From NCBI GenBank assembly GCA_022767485.1, contig JALEMY010000092.1:1-63696 (forward strand): 63,696 bases of DNA, read 5' to 3'. Source of the DNA: Erysipelotrichaceae bacterium. GTDB lineage: Bacteria; Bacillota_I; Bacilli_A; RFN20; CAG-631. Shown here in pieces: positions 28,723-37,333 of the stretch (position 1 is the first letter of the stretch; every line of letters begins with the position of its first letter). Below the pieces are notes generated by a model, which was given only the letters and a program-made list of their open reading frames with translations, was not told the origin of the DNA and made no database searches. Position numbers and translations under genes: made by a program.

Positions 28723-29819
28723 GTCCTATATGTCATAACGAAGATCCAAAATACTTTTACTTTAATAATAATAAATTGTATTGTCGAAAATGTATAACAT
28801 ATTCAAGATTTATTACTCCAATAAAGCAAGATTTTCATTCGAATAATATGCATGCAAAGCTAAACTATTCACTAACAATTCAACAGCAAAAAGCAAGTGA
28901 TGAAATTCTTTATTATTTAAAGCAAAACCAAGATGTTATTGTAAATGCTGTCTGCGGGGCTGGTAAGACAGAACTTTGCTATCAAGCTATAGAATATTAT
29001 ATCAATCAGGGAAAAAGAGTTGCTTTTGCAATTCCAAGAAAAGATATTTGTATTGAAATATATGCTCGCTTAAAAAAAGATTATCCTTCCTTATCTATGT
29101 GTTTAGTTTATGGAAATCATCATGATAAGTTAAATGGTCAACTTGTTGTATTAACAACACATCAGCTATTTCGCTATAAGGAATATTTTGATATGTTAAT
29201 ACTTGATGAAGCCGATGCTTTTCCCTATTATAAAAACGATTTATTAGCATCATTTTTACATATAAGTTGCAAAGGACCAATTATATATATGTCTGCGACT
29301 ATCATGGACATATATAAAAGACAATGCAACAATATAGTGTATATTAATCGACGTTTCCATCAAATAGATTTACCCGTTCCTATATTTATTCGTTATACAT
29401 TTTTTAATAAATACGAAGTCTTAAAGCAAACATTAAATAAATTAAAAAATAAACTAGTATTAATCTTTGTGCCAACTATTGATATAGGCAAAAAACTATC
29501 TAGTAAAACACATATTGATTTTATTTATGCTGCTTTAGCTAATAAAGATGTTTATTTAAATAAATTTAAAAACAAAGAAATAAAAATACTGATAACGACA
29601 AGTATTTTAGAAAGAGGCATCACAATAAAAGATGTGCAAGTAATTGTTTTTGAAGCAAATCATAGACTTTTTGATGAAGCATCTTTAATACAAATATCTG
29701 GGCGTGTTGGAAGAAAAATTACTAGTCCAACAGGTAAGGTTTTCTTTTTAGCGACAAATATGAGTGAAGAAATGAATAAATGTATTAAAGAAATAAAAAG
29801 AAAAAACAATAGTGAATAA
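28704..29819 (+). CDS. comFA: ComFA-like DEAD/DEAH helicase with N-terminal zinc finger
   Basis: CPICH-x13-CRKC zinc finger, Walker A VCGAGKTE, motif II LDEADAF, motif III SAT, motif VI QISGRVGR. The start codon is uncertain: GTG at 28704/28707 lies inside the AGGTGG of the terminator arm. Confidence 0.7.
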   Translation: MVIFIFCPICHNEDPKYFYFNNNKLYCRKCITYSRFITPIKQDFHSNNMHAKLNYSLTIQQQKASDEILYYLKQNQDVIVNAVCGAGKTELCYQAIEYYINQGKRVAFAIPRKDICIEIYARLKKDYPSLSMCLVYGNHHDKLNGQLVVLTTHQLFRYKEYFDMLILDEADAFPYYKNDLLASFLHISCKGPIIYMSATIMDIYKRQCNNIVYINRRFHQIDLPVPIFIRYTFFNKYEVLKQTLNKLKNKLVLIFVPTIDIGKKLSSKTHIDFIYAALANKDVYLNKFKNKEIKILITTSILERGITIKDVQVIVFEANHRLFDEASLIQISGRVGRKITSPTGKVFFLATNMSEEMNKCIKEIKRKNNSE

Positions 29820-29942
29820 AAACATGATAATGATATCATTTAAAAAAATATAATTATCTAATATCTAAACAATATATTTTTCTGTTTTACATAGAAATAT
29901 TTTTATGATTACTTTATAATATTAATAGGGGTGTGTTTTATT

Positions 29943-31163
29943 ATGAATCAAGAGTTCTTTAAAGGTAATCGTAAGAATCTTTTGTCTTCCATTTTAGATA
30001 AAAAATGTTTTGTTATTTTATATAGTGGAGAGAGTATAAGAAGAAGTGAAGATGAAGATTATGATTTTCAGGTAAATAATAATTTTTATTATTTAACAGG
30101 AATAAATCAAAAAAATGTCTACTTAGTTTTATTAAAAGATGGTAGTAAAACTAATGAATTTTTATATATTGATGAATATGATGAAATGTATGAAAAATGG
30201 ATTGGCCATCGTTTAAATAAAAAGCAAGCAAGCAAGATATCAGGAATCGATGTTGATAACATTTTAAGTGTTAATAATATTTCAAACGATATCAATAAAC
30301 TTTACGACAAATATAAAGTGATATATCTTGATGAAAATAACACTTCATGTCCTATAACATTTTCTAAAAAAGATCGAGTGATAAACATTTATAATAATAT
30401 TGTTACATTAAGAATGAAAAAGCAACCAGAAGAAATTAAATGTTTTAAAAAAGCATTGAAAGTTACTAAAATGGGTATAGAAAGTTTGATGAGAAATGCT
30501 AAAGAAGGAATGTATGAATATCAACTTGAATCTTATTTTGATTTAACGATTAAACAAAATGGTAACCGTTGTGTCTCTTTTAAAACGATAGCTGCTAGTG
30601 GAAAAAATGCAACAACCCTTCATTATAGTGCAAACAATAGCAAGATAAATGAAAATGATTTGATTTTATTTGATCTTGGATGTAAAGATAATGGTTATTG
30701 TGCTGATATTACTAGAACATTTCCTATAAATGGTAAGTTTTCATTACTACAAAAAACAATATACAACATTGTTTTAAAAGCAAATAAAGCTGTGTTTAAG
30801 GCTGCTCATGCAGGGGTTAGCTTAAAAGAACTTCAACAAGTATGTATTGACTCATTAGCTAACGGGTGTTTAAAAGCAAAACTTATAAAAAACAAAGAAG
30901 AGATAGGAAAGTATTATTATCATGGAGTGTCACATAGCATTGGACTTGATACTCATGATCCATATATTAAAGATACGCCACTTCCTATAAACGCTATAAT
31001 ATCCAATGAACCAGGCTTATATTTTAAAGAATATGGTATCGGTATTCGAATTGAAGATGATTTATTAATTAAAGAAACTCACGCAATTAATCTATCAAAA
31101 GATATCATTAAAAGCGTAAAACAAATAGAAAACTATATGATGAAAAATAAGGAGGGAATGTAA
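29943..31163 (+). CDS. Xaa-Pro aminopeptidase (M24B)
   Basis: Creatinase-like N-domain plus FDLGCKDNGYCADITRTF, HGVSHSIGLDTHD, NEPGLY and IRIEDD metal-ligand motifs. The ATG is at 29943. Confidence 0.85.
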   Translation: MNQEFFKGNRKNLLSSILDKKCFVILYSGESIRRSEDEDYDFQVNNNFYYLTGINQKNVYLVLLKDGSKTNEFLYIDEYDEMYEKWIGHRLNKKQASKISGIDVDNILSVNNISNDINKLYDKYKVIYLDENNTSCPITFSKKDRVINIYNNIVTLRMKKQPEEIKCFKKALKVTKMGIESLMRNAKEGMYEYQLESYFDLTIKQNGNRCVSFKTIAASGKNATTLHYSANNSKINENDLILFDLGCKDNGYCADITRTFPINGKFSLLQKTIYNIVLKANKAVFKAAHAGVSLKELQQVCIDSLANGCLKAKLIKNKEEIGKYYYHGVSHSIGLDTHDPYIKDTPLPINAIISNEPGLYFKEYGIGIRIEDDLLIKETHAINLSKDIIKSVKQIENYMMKNKEGM

Positions 31164-32390
31164 ATGGCTAAAAAGAAATGTTTAGCAATGATTTTAGCAG
31201 GAGGGCAAGGTAGTAGACTTGGTGCATTAACTTTAAATGTAGCAAAGCCAGCTGTGTCTTTTGGAGCAAAATATAAAATCATCGATTTTGCTTTATCAAA
31301 TTGTGCAAATTCAGGTATTGATACGGTTGGAATATTAACGCAATATCAACCACTTGATTTAAACACTTATGTAGGAACAGGCCAACCATGGGATTTAGAT
31401 AGCAATGATGGTGGTGTATTTATTTTGCCACCATATATGAGTGCTGAAAAAGGAGAATGGTATAAAGGTACTGCAAATGCAATTTATCAAAATATCAATT
31501 TTATTTCTAGATTTAATCCTGAATATGTATTGATTTTATCAGGTGATCACATTTATAAAATGAATTATTCAAAGATGTTAAAAAAGCATATTGAAAATAA
31601 TGCTGATTGTACTATTGCTACTATTAGTGTACCATTATCTGAAGCATCTCGCTTTGGAATTTTATCAGCAGATGAAAATGGTAAGATAATCGAGTTTGCT
31701 GAAAAACCAAAAGTGCCAAAGAGCAATCAAGCCTCTATGGGTATTTATATCTTTAATTGGGAGGTATTAAAAGAAGAACTTATTAAAGATGAAAGCAATA
31801 TGAGATCAACAAACGATTTTGGAAAAGATATTATTCCAAGTATGCTTGAAAAAAATAAATCGTTATACATATATGGTTTTAAGGGTTATTGGAAAGATGT
31901 TGGAACTATTTCTTCACTATGGGAAGCAAATATGGATTTATTAGATGAAAATTGTGAACTTGATATCAACGATCCAACATGGCCTATTATGGCAAGAACA
32001 ACAGCAAGTAGACCACAATATATTTCTTCTAAAGCTAGTGTAAATCATTCTTTGATTACTGAAGGATGTGAGGTTGAAGGTGAAATAAAACATTCTATCT
32101 TATTTCATAATGTAAAGGTTGGTAAAAACAGTAAAATTGTTGATAGTATTGTTATGAACAATGTTACAATTGGCGATGATGTTATCATTTATAAAGCGGT
32201 GATTGGCGATAATGCTACTATTGGAAATCATGTAAGAATAAATACTAGAGGTGTTGATACACCAGAGTATGTAAATACAAAAATTTGTAGCAATGACTTA
32301 TCATTAATTGGAACGGATGTTACAATTGGTAACAATGTAAAAATCGGTAAGCATTCAATGATTACTAAAAGTATAAAGGGAGGTAAATAA
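31164..32390 (+). CDS. glgC: Glucose-1-phosphate adenylyltransferase
   Basis: [26 protein letters not shown] and a C-terminal left-handed beta-helix repeat. SD AAGGAGGG. Confidence 0.93.
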   Translation: MAKKKCLAMILAGGQGSRLGALTLNVAKPAVSFGAKYKIIDFALSNCANSGIDTVGILTQYQPLDLNTYVGTGQPWDLDSNDGGVFILPPYMSAEKGEWYKGTANAIYQNINFISRFNPEYVLILSGDHIYKMNYSKMLKKHIENNADCTIATISVPLSEASRFGILSADENGKIIEFAEKPKVPKSNQASMGIYIFNWEVLKEELIKDESNMRSTNDFGKDIIPSMLEKNKSLYIYGFKGYWKDVGTISSLWEANMDLLDENCELDINDPTWPIMARTTASRPQYISSKASVNHSLITEGCEVEGEIKHSILFHNVKVGKNSKIVDSIVMNNVTIGDDVIIYKAVIGDNATIGNHVRINTRGVDTPEYVNTKICSNDLSLIGTDVTIGNNVKIGKHSMITKSIKGGK

Positions 32391-32391
32391 G

Positions 32392-33507
32392 ATGACACAT
32401 GTAATTGGCGTAATCTTTGCAGATTCACATTATGCTGATGTTAATGAATTGACAAAAGTTCGTCCATTAGGAGCACTTCCAATCGATGGCCGTTATCGTG
32501 TCATTGATTTTGTCTTATCAAATATGGTCAATAGTGGAATGATTAATGTCGCGGTAGTAACACAAAATAACTATCACTCATTGATGGGACATCTAGGTAG
32601 TGGTAAACATTGGAACCTTGCAAGGAAAAGATATGGTTTAACATTATTCCCTCCATTTTCTAATTTAAGTTCATCTGGTTCTGATAGTAGAATTGATATT
32701 TTATATGGCGTATTAGGCTTTTTAAAGCGTTCGACACAAGACTATGTATTACTTGCTGAATCAAATATTATCATTAATAAAACATTCAATGATTTATTTA
32801 AATATCATGTTGCTGAAAATGCTGATATTACGGTAGTTTATAAAAATGTTGATGATGGAGCTAGTAAAGATGCGATAGAATCATATATTCTAACAGATGA
32901 TCAAGAAAACATTTTAGCGATTGAAAAGGGTGAAAATGTTTCACACGCAACAAAACGTTATTTTGGCTACGTGTTAATTAAAAAACAAGTATTAATCGAA
33001 CTTATTGAACATTCAAAAGTTCGTGGTAAAAAAGGCTATCTAGCTAATATTGTTGCAAGAAACATCGGTAATTTAAAAATTAAAGCCTACAATTTTGATG
33101 GATATGGTAGAAAAATAGCTACAATTAGTGATTATTATAATGCAAGCATGGAAATATTAGATAAAACAGTTCGCGATGAATTATTCAATAGCGAACATCC
33201 AATATATACTAAAGATAAAGATACTACACCAACAAGGTATTTTACTAATGCTAATGTAAAAAATTGTTTTGTGGCTGATGGTTGTAGCATTGATGGTACA
33301 ATTGAAAATTCGCTTATTTTTAGAAATGTTAAAGTTAAAAAAGGTAGTGTCATTAAAAATTCTATTATTTTACAACAAGGCGAAATTGGTGAAAACGTTC
33401 ATTTAGAAAATGTTATTTTAGATAAGAAAGTCATCGTTCGTGATAACAAAACATTAGTAGGAACAGATAGTTTTCCAATAATTGTTGAAAAAGGAAGAAT
33501 AATCTAA
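32392..33507 (+). CDS. glgD: Glycogen biosynthesis protein GlgD (regulatory ADP-Glc pyrophosphorylase subunit)
   Basis: A GlgC paralogue lacking the GGxGxRL motif (it has LTKVRPLGALPIDGRYRVIDF). It lies directly after glgC. SD AGGGAGG. Confidence 0.88.
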   Translation: MTHVIGVIFADSHYADVNELTKVRPLGALPIDGRYRVIDFVLSNMVNSGMINVAVVTQNNYHSLMGHLGSGKHWNLARKRYGLTLFPPFSNLSSSGSDSRIDILYGVLGFLKRSTQDYVLLAESNIIINKTFNDLFKYHVAENADITVVYKNVDDGASKDAIESYILTDDQENILAIEKGENVSHATKRYFGYVLIKKQVLIELIEHSKVRGKKGYLANIVARNIGNLKIKAYNFDGYGRKIATISDYYNASMEILDKTVRDELFNSEHPIYTKDKDTTPTRYFTNANVKNCFVADGCSIDGTIENSLIFRNVKVKKGSVIKNSIILQQGEIGENVHLENVILDKKVIVRDNKTLVGTDSFPIIVEKGRII

Positions 33508-34934
33508 TGAGTAAAGTAAACAATGTTTTAATGGTTTCAGCAGAAGTTGTTCCTTTTGCAAAAACAGGTGGTCTTGGCGATGTTGTAGGATCCTTACCAA
33601 AAGCCTTAAACGAAATAGGCTTAAATTGTAAGGTTGTGATGCCATTATATGGAAATATAGCCATGAAATATAAAGAAAATATGAAGTATTTAGGGTATAT
33701 ATATATCGATATGAATTGGCGTCATCAATATTGTGGAATTTTCACATTAAATTATCAAGGTGTTGATTATTATTTTGTCGATAATGAATATTATTATAAA
33801 AAAGGATTAGTGTATGATGATAATGATTTAGAAAAATATTCTTTTTTATGCCTTGCATGTTTTGAAGTAGCAAAATATATTAATTTTAAGGTTGATATTT
33901 TACATATTCATGATTGGCATACGGGTGCAGTTGCTGCATTATTAAATGATGTTTATTGTCACGATTTATTTTTTGCAAATTGCAAATGTGTATACACAAT
34001 TCATAATCTTGCCTATCAAGGCATTTATGATAAACGTTTTGTTTTAGATTATTTACCACTTGATAGTAGAAAGTATGAAAATACAAACAGCATTAATTTG
34101 ATGGCTTTAGGTATTATTTATGCTCACAAAGTAACGACAGTATCGCCAACATATGCAAAAGAAATTTTGACGAGTGAATATGGTGAAAATTTAAATGGTG
34201 TCTTATACAATGAACAAAATAAATTAGTGGGTATTTTAAATGGCATAGACTATGATAGTTATAATTGTGAAAAAGATGAATATATTGACTTTAAATATCC
34301 AAAAAGAAGATTTGTTTCTGGAAAAAGAGCAAATAAAAAGGCTCTTCTTCATGAACTATCATTAAATGAAGATGTCAATGTTCCATTAATTGGTATCATA
34401 TCTCGTCTTGCATCACAAAAAGGAATGAATTTAGTAAATGATGTTTTGCAAGGCCTTTTAGCTTATCAAAATGTCAATGTTGTTTTACTAGGTTCTGGCG
34501 ATAAAAAACTCGAATATGAATTTGATATGTTAGCAAAACGCTATCACAATAAATTTAAGGCAATACTTAGATTTGATAATCAAATGGCTCATAAAATATA
34601 TGCCTCAGCAGATTTATTTTTAATGCCAAGTGCTTTTGAACCATGTGGTTTAGCACAAATGATATGTCTTCAATATGGCACATTACCTCTTGTTAGATGC
34701 TGTGGTGGATTAAAAGATAGTATTGAAGCTTTTAATGAATATACATTGACAGGAAATGGCTTTTCCTTTAATAACTATAATGCCACAGATTTTTATAACA
34801 CTATAATGTATGCTTTATCGGTTTATAATCGTAAAAAATTATGGAATAAAGCGATTCGTAATGGCTTTAAATGTGATTTTTCTTGGAAAAAAAGCGCAAT
34901 GGAGTATAAGAAATTATACGAAGAAATCAAATAA
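33507..34934 (+). CDS. glgA: Glycogen synthase (ADP-glucose type)
   Basis: SAEVVPFAKTGGLGDVVGSLPKAL N-terminal signature, plus HDWHT and PSAFEPCGL. Confidence 0.93.
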   Translation: MSKVNNVLMVSAEVVPFAKTGGLGDVVGSLPKALNEIGLNCKVVMPLYGNIAMKYKENMKYLGYIYIDMNWRHQYCGIFTLNYQGVDYYFVDNEYYYKKGLVYDDNDLEKYSFLCLACFEVAKYINFKVDILHIHDWHTGAVAALLNDVYCHDLFFANCKCVYTIHNLAYQGIYDKRFVLDYLPLDSRKYENTNSINLMALGIIYAHKVTTVSPTYAKEILTSEYGENLNGVLYNEQNKLVGILNGIDYDSYNCEKDEYIDFKYPKRRFVSGKRANKKALLHELSLNEDVNVPLIGIISRLASQKGMNLVNDVLQGLLAYQNVNVVLLGSGDKKLEYEFDMLAKRYHNKFKAILRFDNQMAHKIYASADLFLMPSAFEPCGLAQMICLQYGTLPLVRCCGGLKDSIEAFNEYTLTGNGFSFNNYNATDFYNTIMYALSVYNRKKLWNKAIRNGFKCDFSWKKSAMEYKKLYEEIK

Positions 34935-34990
34935 TAAAATAGTGTTGTTTTTATTCGTCTTGTGATATACTTAGTTAAGGAGGTATTATA

Positions 34991-35653
34991 ATGCATAAAT
35001 TTGATGTAAAATATACGTTTGATAATTATTATGAATATTATAAATTTGTTTTGATAAAACAAAGAATGGTTCGTGATATTATATTTTGTGTTTTGTTTTG
35101 TGCTATTGGTGTTTATTTTTTAGTAGATACTAGCGAAAACACTTCAGGAATTTTTATTCCAATTTTCTCATTTGCAATGGGTATTGTTAGTGCGTTAACA
35201 GGTTACATTATGCTACCTATTACTAAAAAGCAACTTAAAAATCGTCAAAGTGATATTGACCGCACACATATTGTTGTTACTTTTTCACAAGATAGTGTAA
35301 TATATGAAAATTTAACAGCAAAAAAGGATGCGGAAAAAAATATTAAAAGTGAAACATCAACAAGCGATGTAAATGATAGTGCTTTAAAAGATGAAACACC
35401 AACAAGCAATGAAAATGATAATGCTTTAAAAGATGAAAAAGTAAAGGATGAAAATACTTTTGAATTAAAGTATGAAAACTTTATGGTTGTAAGGGAATCA
35501 AAAACATTGTTTATGTTTTATTTAGATAGACAAACAGTTGTTATCCTTCCAAAAGAAACATACCTTGGTGGAGATAACTTTGATTCATTTAAGGAACTTA
35601 TTTTAAGTAAGGTTCCAGCAAAAAGAGTTAAGTTTTTAAAAGAAAAGAAGTAG
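34991..35653 (+). CDS. YcxB-like membrane protein with internal acidic tandem repeat
   Basis: SD AAGGAGG. Two TM segments, then a C-terminal region (FELKYENFMVVRESKTLFMFYLDRQTVVILPKE) resembling YcxB-type domains. Confidence 0.5.
   Translation: MHKFDVKYTFDNYYEYYKFVLIKQRMVRDIIFCVLFCAIGVYFLVDTSENTSGIFIPIFSFAMGIVSALTGYIMLPITKKQLKNRQSDIDRTHIVVTFSQDSVIYENLTAKKDAEKNIKSETSTSDVNDSALKDETPTSNENDNALKDEKVKDENTFELKYENFMVVRESKTLFMFYLDRQTVVILPKETYLGGDNFDSFKELILSKVPAKRVKFLKEKK
35351..35434 (+). repeat. 2 x 42-bp in-frame tandem repeat inside the YcxB-like gene
   Basis: 35351-35392 (GAAACATCAACAAGCGATGTAAATGATAGTGCTTTAAAAGAT) versus 35393-35434 (GAAACACCAACAAGCAATGAAAATGATAATGCTTTAAAAGAT) differ at only a few positions. 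They encode ETSTSDVNDSALKD / ETPTSNENDNALKD. Confidence 0.85.
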
Positions 35654-35659
35654 TTTTAA

Positions 35660-35748
35660 AACATGGGTGCTGAGAGAACTCGGCTGAGATATTCTTTGAT
35701 ACTAAGAATGACCATTAACTTGATCTAGGTAATGCTAGCGTAAGGAAA
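35660..35748 (+). promoter_or_regulatory. TPP (THI-box) riboswitch aptamer
   Basis: GGGTGCTGAGAG...GGCTGAGA...ACC...CTTGATCTAGGTAATGCTAGCGTAAGGAA matches the THI-element core (CUGAGA and ACCUGAUCUGGAUAAUGCCAGCG-like). It lies directly upstream of thiT. Confidence 0.9.
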
Positions 35749-35770
35749 AATTAAATATTTTTATATGAAA

Positions 35771-35808
35771 TCCTTATTAGCGTTACTTTGCTCATAAGGA
35801 TTTTTTTT
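35771..35808 (+). terminator. Riboswitch expression-platform terminator
   Basis: TCCTTAT (35771-35777) pairs with ATAAGGA (35794-35800) and is followed by T8. It lies between the aptamer and the thiT SD (GGAGGA at 35811). Confidence 0.7.
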
Positions 35809-35823
35809 AAGGAGGAAAGAAAC

Positions 35824-36447
35824 GTGAAAAAGAAAAATCTTGTAGGAGAAATCAGTGAAATTGCCATTATGGCAGCATTAGCTTTTGCTTTAGATACTTT
35901 GCAAGGAGGTATTTTTAGAGGTTTATTCCCAAATGGAGGTTCAATTGGTTTTGCGATGCTTCCAATACTTGTCATCACTTTTAGAAGAGGAGTTGTCGAT
36001 GGCTTAATTAGTGCATTTATATTAAGTTTTCTTCAAATGTTAACTGGTATTTATGCCATTGCCGATAGCTGGTATATGGTTCTTCTTCAAATAATGTTAG
36101 ATTATGTGATAGCTTATCCTTTAGTAGCTATGTGTGGTGTATTTAAAAAAGCATTTTTAAATAGCAAAGATAGAAAGCAACAAATGAAATATTTAATTTT
36201 AGGTTGTGTAGTTGGTGGGATGTTAAAATTGTTATCTCATTATTTAGCTGGAGTAATTTTTTGGAGTTCATCATGTCCAGAAGGATTCTTAGGTGGACCA
36301 GCTTTATTTAGCCTTGTTTATAATGGTGAATATATGTTACCAAATATTATTATTAATGCCGCTTTACTTTGCCTAATATTAATTAAACAACCATCTATTT
36401 TAATGATTAATAATGGAGGAAATACAAATGAAATTCAAGCTAACTAA
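35824..36447 (+). CDS. thiT: ECF-transporter S component for thiamine, ThiT
   Basis: GTG at 35824, 7 nt after GGAGGA. EIAIMAALAFAL, LPILVITFRRG and HYLAGVIFWSS resemble ThiT. It is under TPP riboswitch control. Confidence 0.85.
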   Translation: MKKKNLVGEISEIAIMAALAFALDTLQGGIFRGLFPNGGSIGFAMLPILVITFRRGVVDGLISAFILSFLQMLTGIYAIADSWYMVLLQIMLDYVIAYPLVAMCGVFKKAFLNSKDRKQQMKYLILGCVVGGMLKLLSHYLAGVIFWSSSCPEGFLGGPALFSLVYNGEYMLPNIIINAALLCLILIKQPSILMINNGGNTNEIQAN

Positions 36448-36847
36448 AAATATTGCTTTAGCAAGTGCTGGTTTAATATCTTTTATCTTTAGTCTAGTTT
36501 TTTATATTTTAAGTTACGAGTTTTATCAAGATGAGTATGGAACTGATATTTCTTTTAATAGCGACTATTTAGTAGCTATGATTATATCGATTGCTTTATT
36601 TTCTTATGGTATTTATAAAATCTATTGTTTAAAAGGAAATAAGGAAGATACTTTAGCTTTTTATTATTTTTCTATTAGCGTAACTTCTATATTATCTTTT
36701 TATCCTTTAGGTGTATTTTTTAAAGCAATAAATAAGAAAAAAGATGCTATGGATTATCTTTCTTATTTAGCAATTGGTGTAGTATGCTTATGTTTACTAG
36801 TTTATTTTGCATTTGATTTAATTAGTAAAAGAAAACAAGAAGCTTAA
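36428..36847 (+). CDS. Small 4-TM membrane protein, unknown function
   Basis: ATG at 36428 preceded by GGAGGA. It overlaps the thiT 3' end by 20 nt and has four hydrophobic segments. No family recognised. Confidence 0.55.
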   Translation: MKFKLTKNIALASAGLISFIFSLVFYILSYEFYQDEYGTDISFNSDYLVAMIISIALFSYGIYKIYCLKGNKEDTLAFYYFSISVTSILSFYPLGVFFKAINKKKDAMDYLSYLAIGVVCLCLLVYFAFDLISKRKQEA

Positions 36848-36900
36848 ATTATCATAATTTACTATTTTCTTCAATATATTTAATTGAAGGAGATAAAACA

Positions 36901-37266
36901 ATGAATTTTAACAATTATAACTCGCAAATTAATCAAAATGTCCCTTTATATCCAACTCCTAATAGTGAATATCGAGACACACCAAAACAAACTGAGCCAA
37001 CTGCTAGCATCACAAGTATTTTAGATACGAAAGATGCGGAGAACTCGTTTGTTAATTCTGTCTTAAAAAGAGCTGTAGGAAAAACAGGAAAGTTTTTCTT
37101 CTCATATCCTGATTCAATTAAATGGCGCGATATGATGTATGAGGGAAAACTTCTTGCAATTGGGGAAGATTATATTGCTATTAAAGAAAAAGGAACAGAA
37201 TTAGTTCATGTATTATTGCTTCTTTATTTAGAATATATAATCTTTGAATATGAAGCTGTAGTTTAA
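36901..37266 (+). CDS. GerQ-like spore-coat protein, tentative
   Basis: SD GAAGGAG. The C-terminal half (GKLLAIGEDYIAIKEKGTELVHVLLLLYLEYIIF) resembles the conserved GerQ/YwdL core (...YLDYITF) as I recall it. Confidence 0.45.
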   Translation: MNFNNYNSQINQNVPLYPTPNSEYRDTPKQTEPTASITSILDTKDAENSFVNSVLKRAVGKTGKFFFSYPDSIKWRDMMYEGKLLAIGEDYIAIKEKGTELVHVLLLLYLEYIIFEYEAVV

Positions 37267-37275
37267 TAAAAAAAC

Positions 37276-37333
37276 AACCTGTAATTTAAAGCCTTGATAA
37301 AAAGGTGCTAATTGAATTACAGGTTATTTTTAT
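37276..37333. terminator. Bidirectional terminator between the gerQ-like gene and the MATE gene
   Basis: 11-bp perfect arms AACCTGTAATT (37276-37286) and AATTACAGGTT (37315-37325), flanked by an A-run upstream and a T-run downstream. Confidence 0.6.

Noticed and set aside
35751-35978. A 75-aa minus-strand ORF across the TPP riboswitch terminator and thiT start. The related 17912-18106, 38735-38923 and 56025-56216 ORFs also straddle gene starts.
   Set aside because: They overlap recognisable regulatory RNA or gene starts on the other strand. No SD or motif is present.
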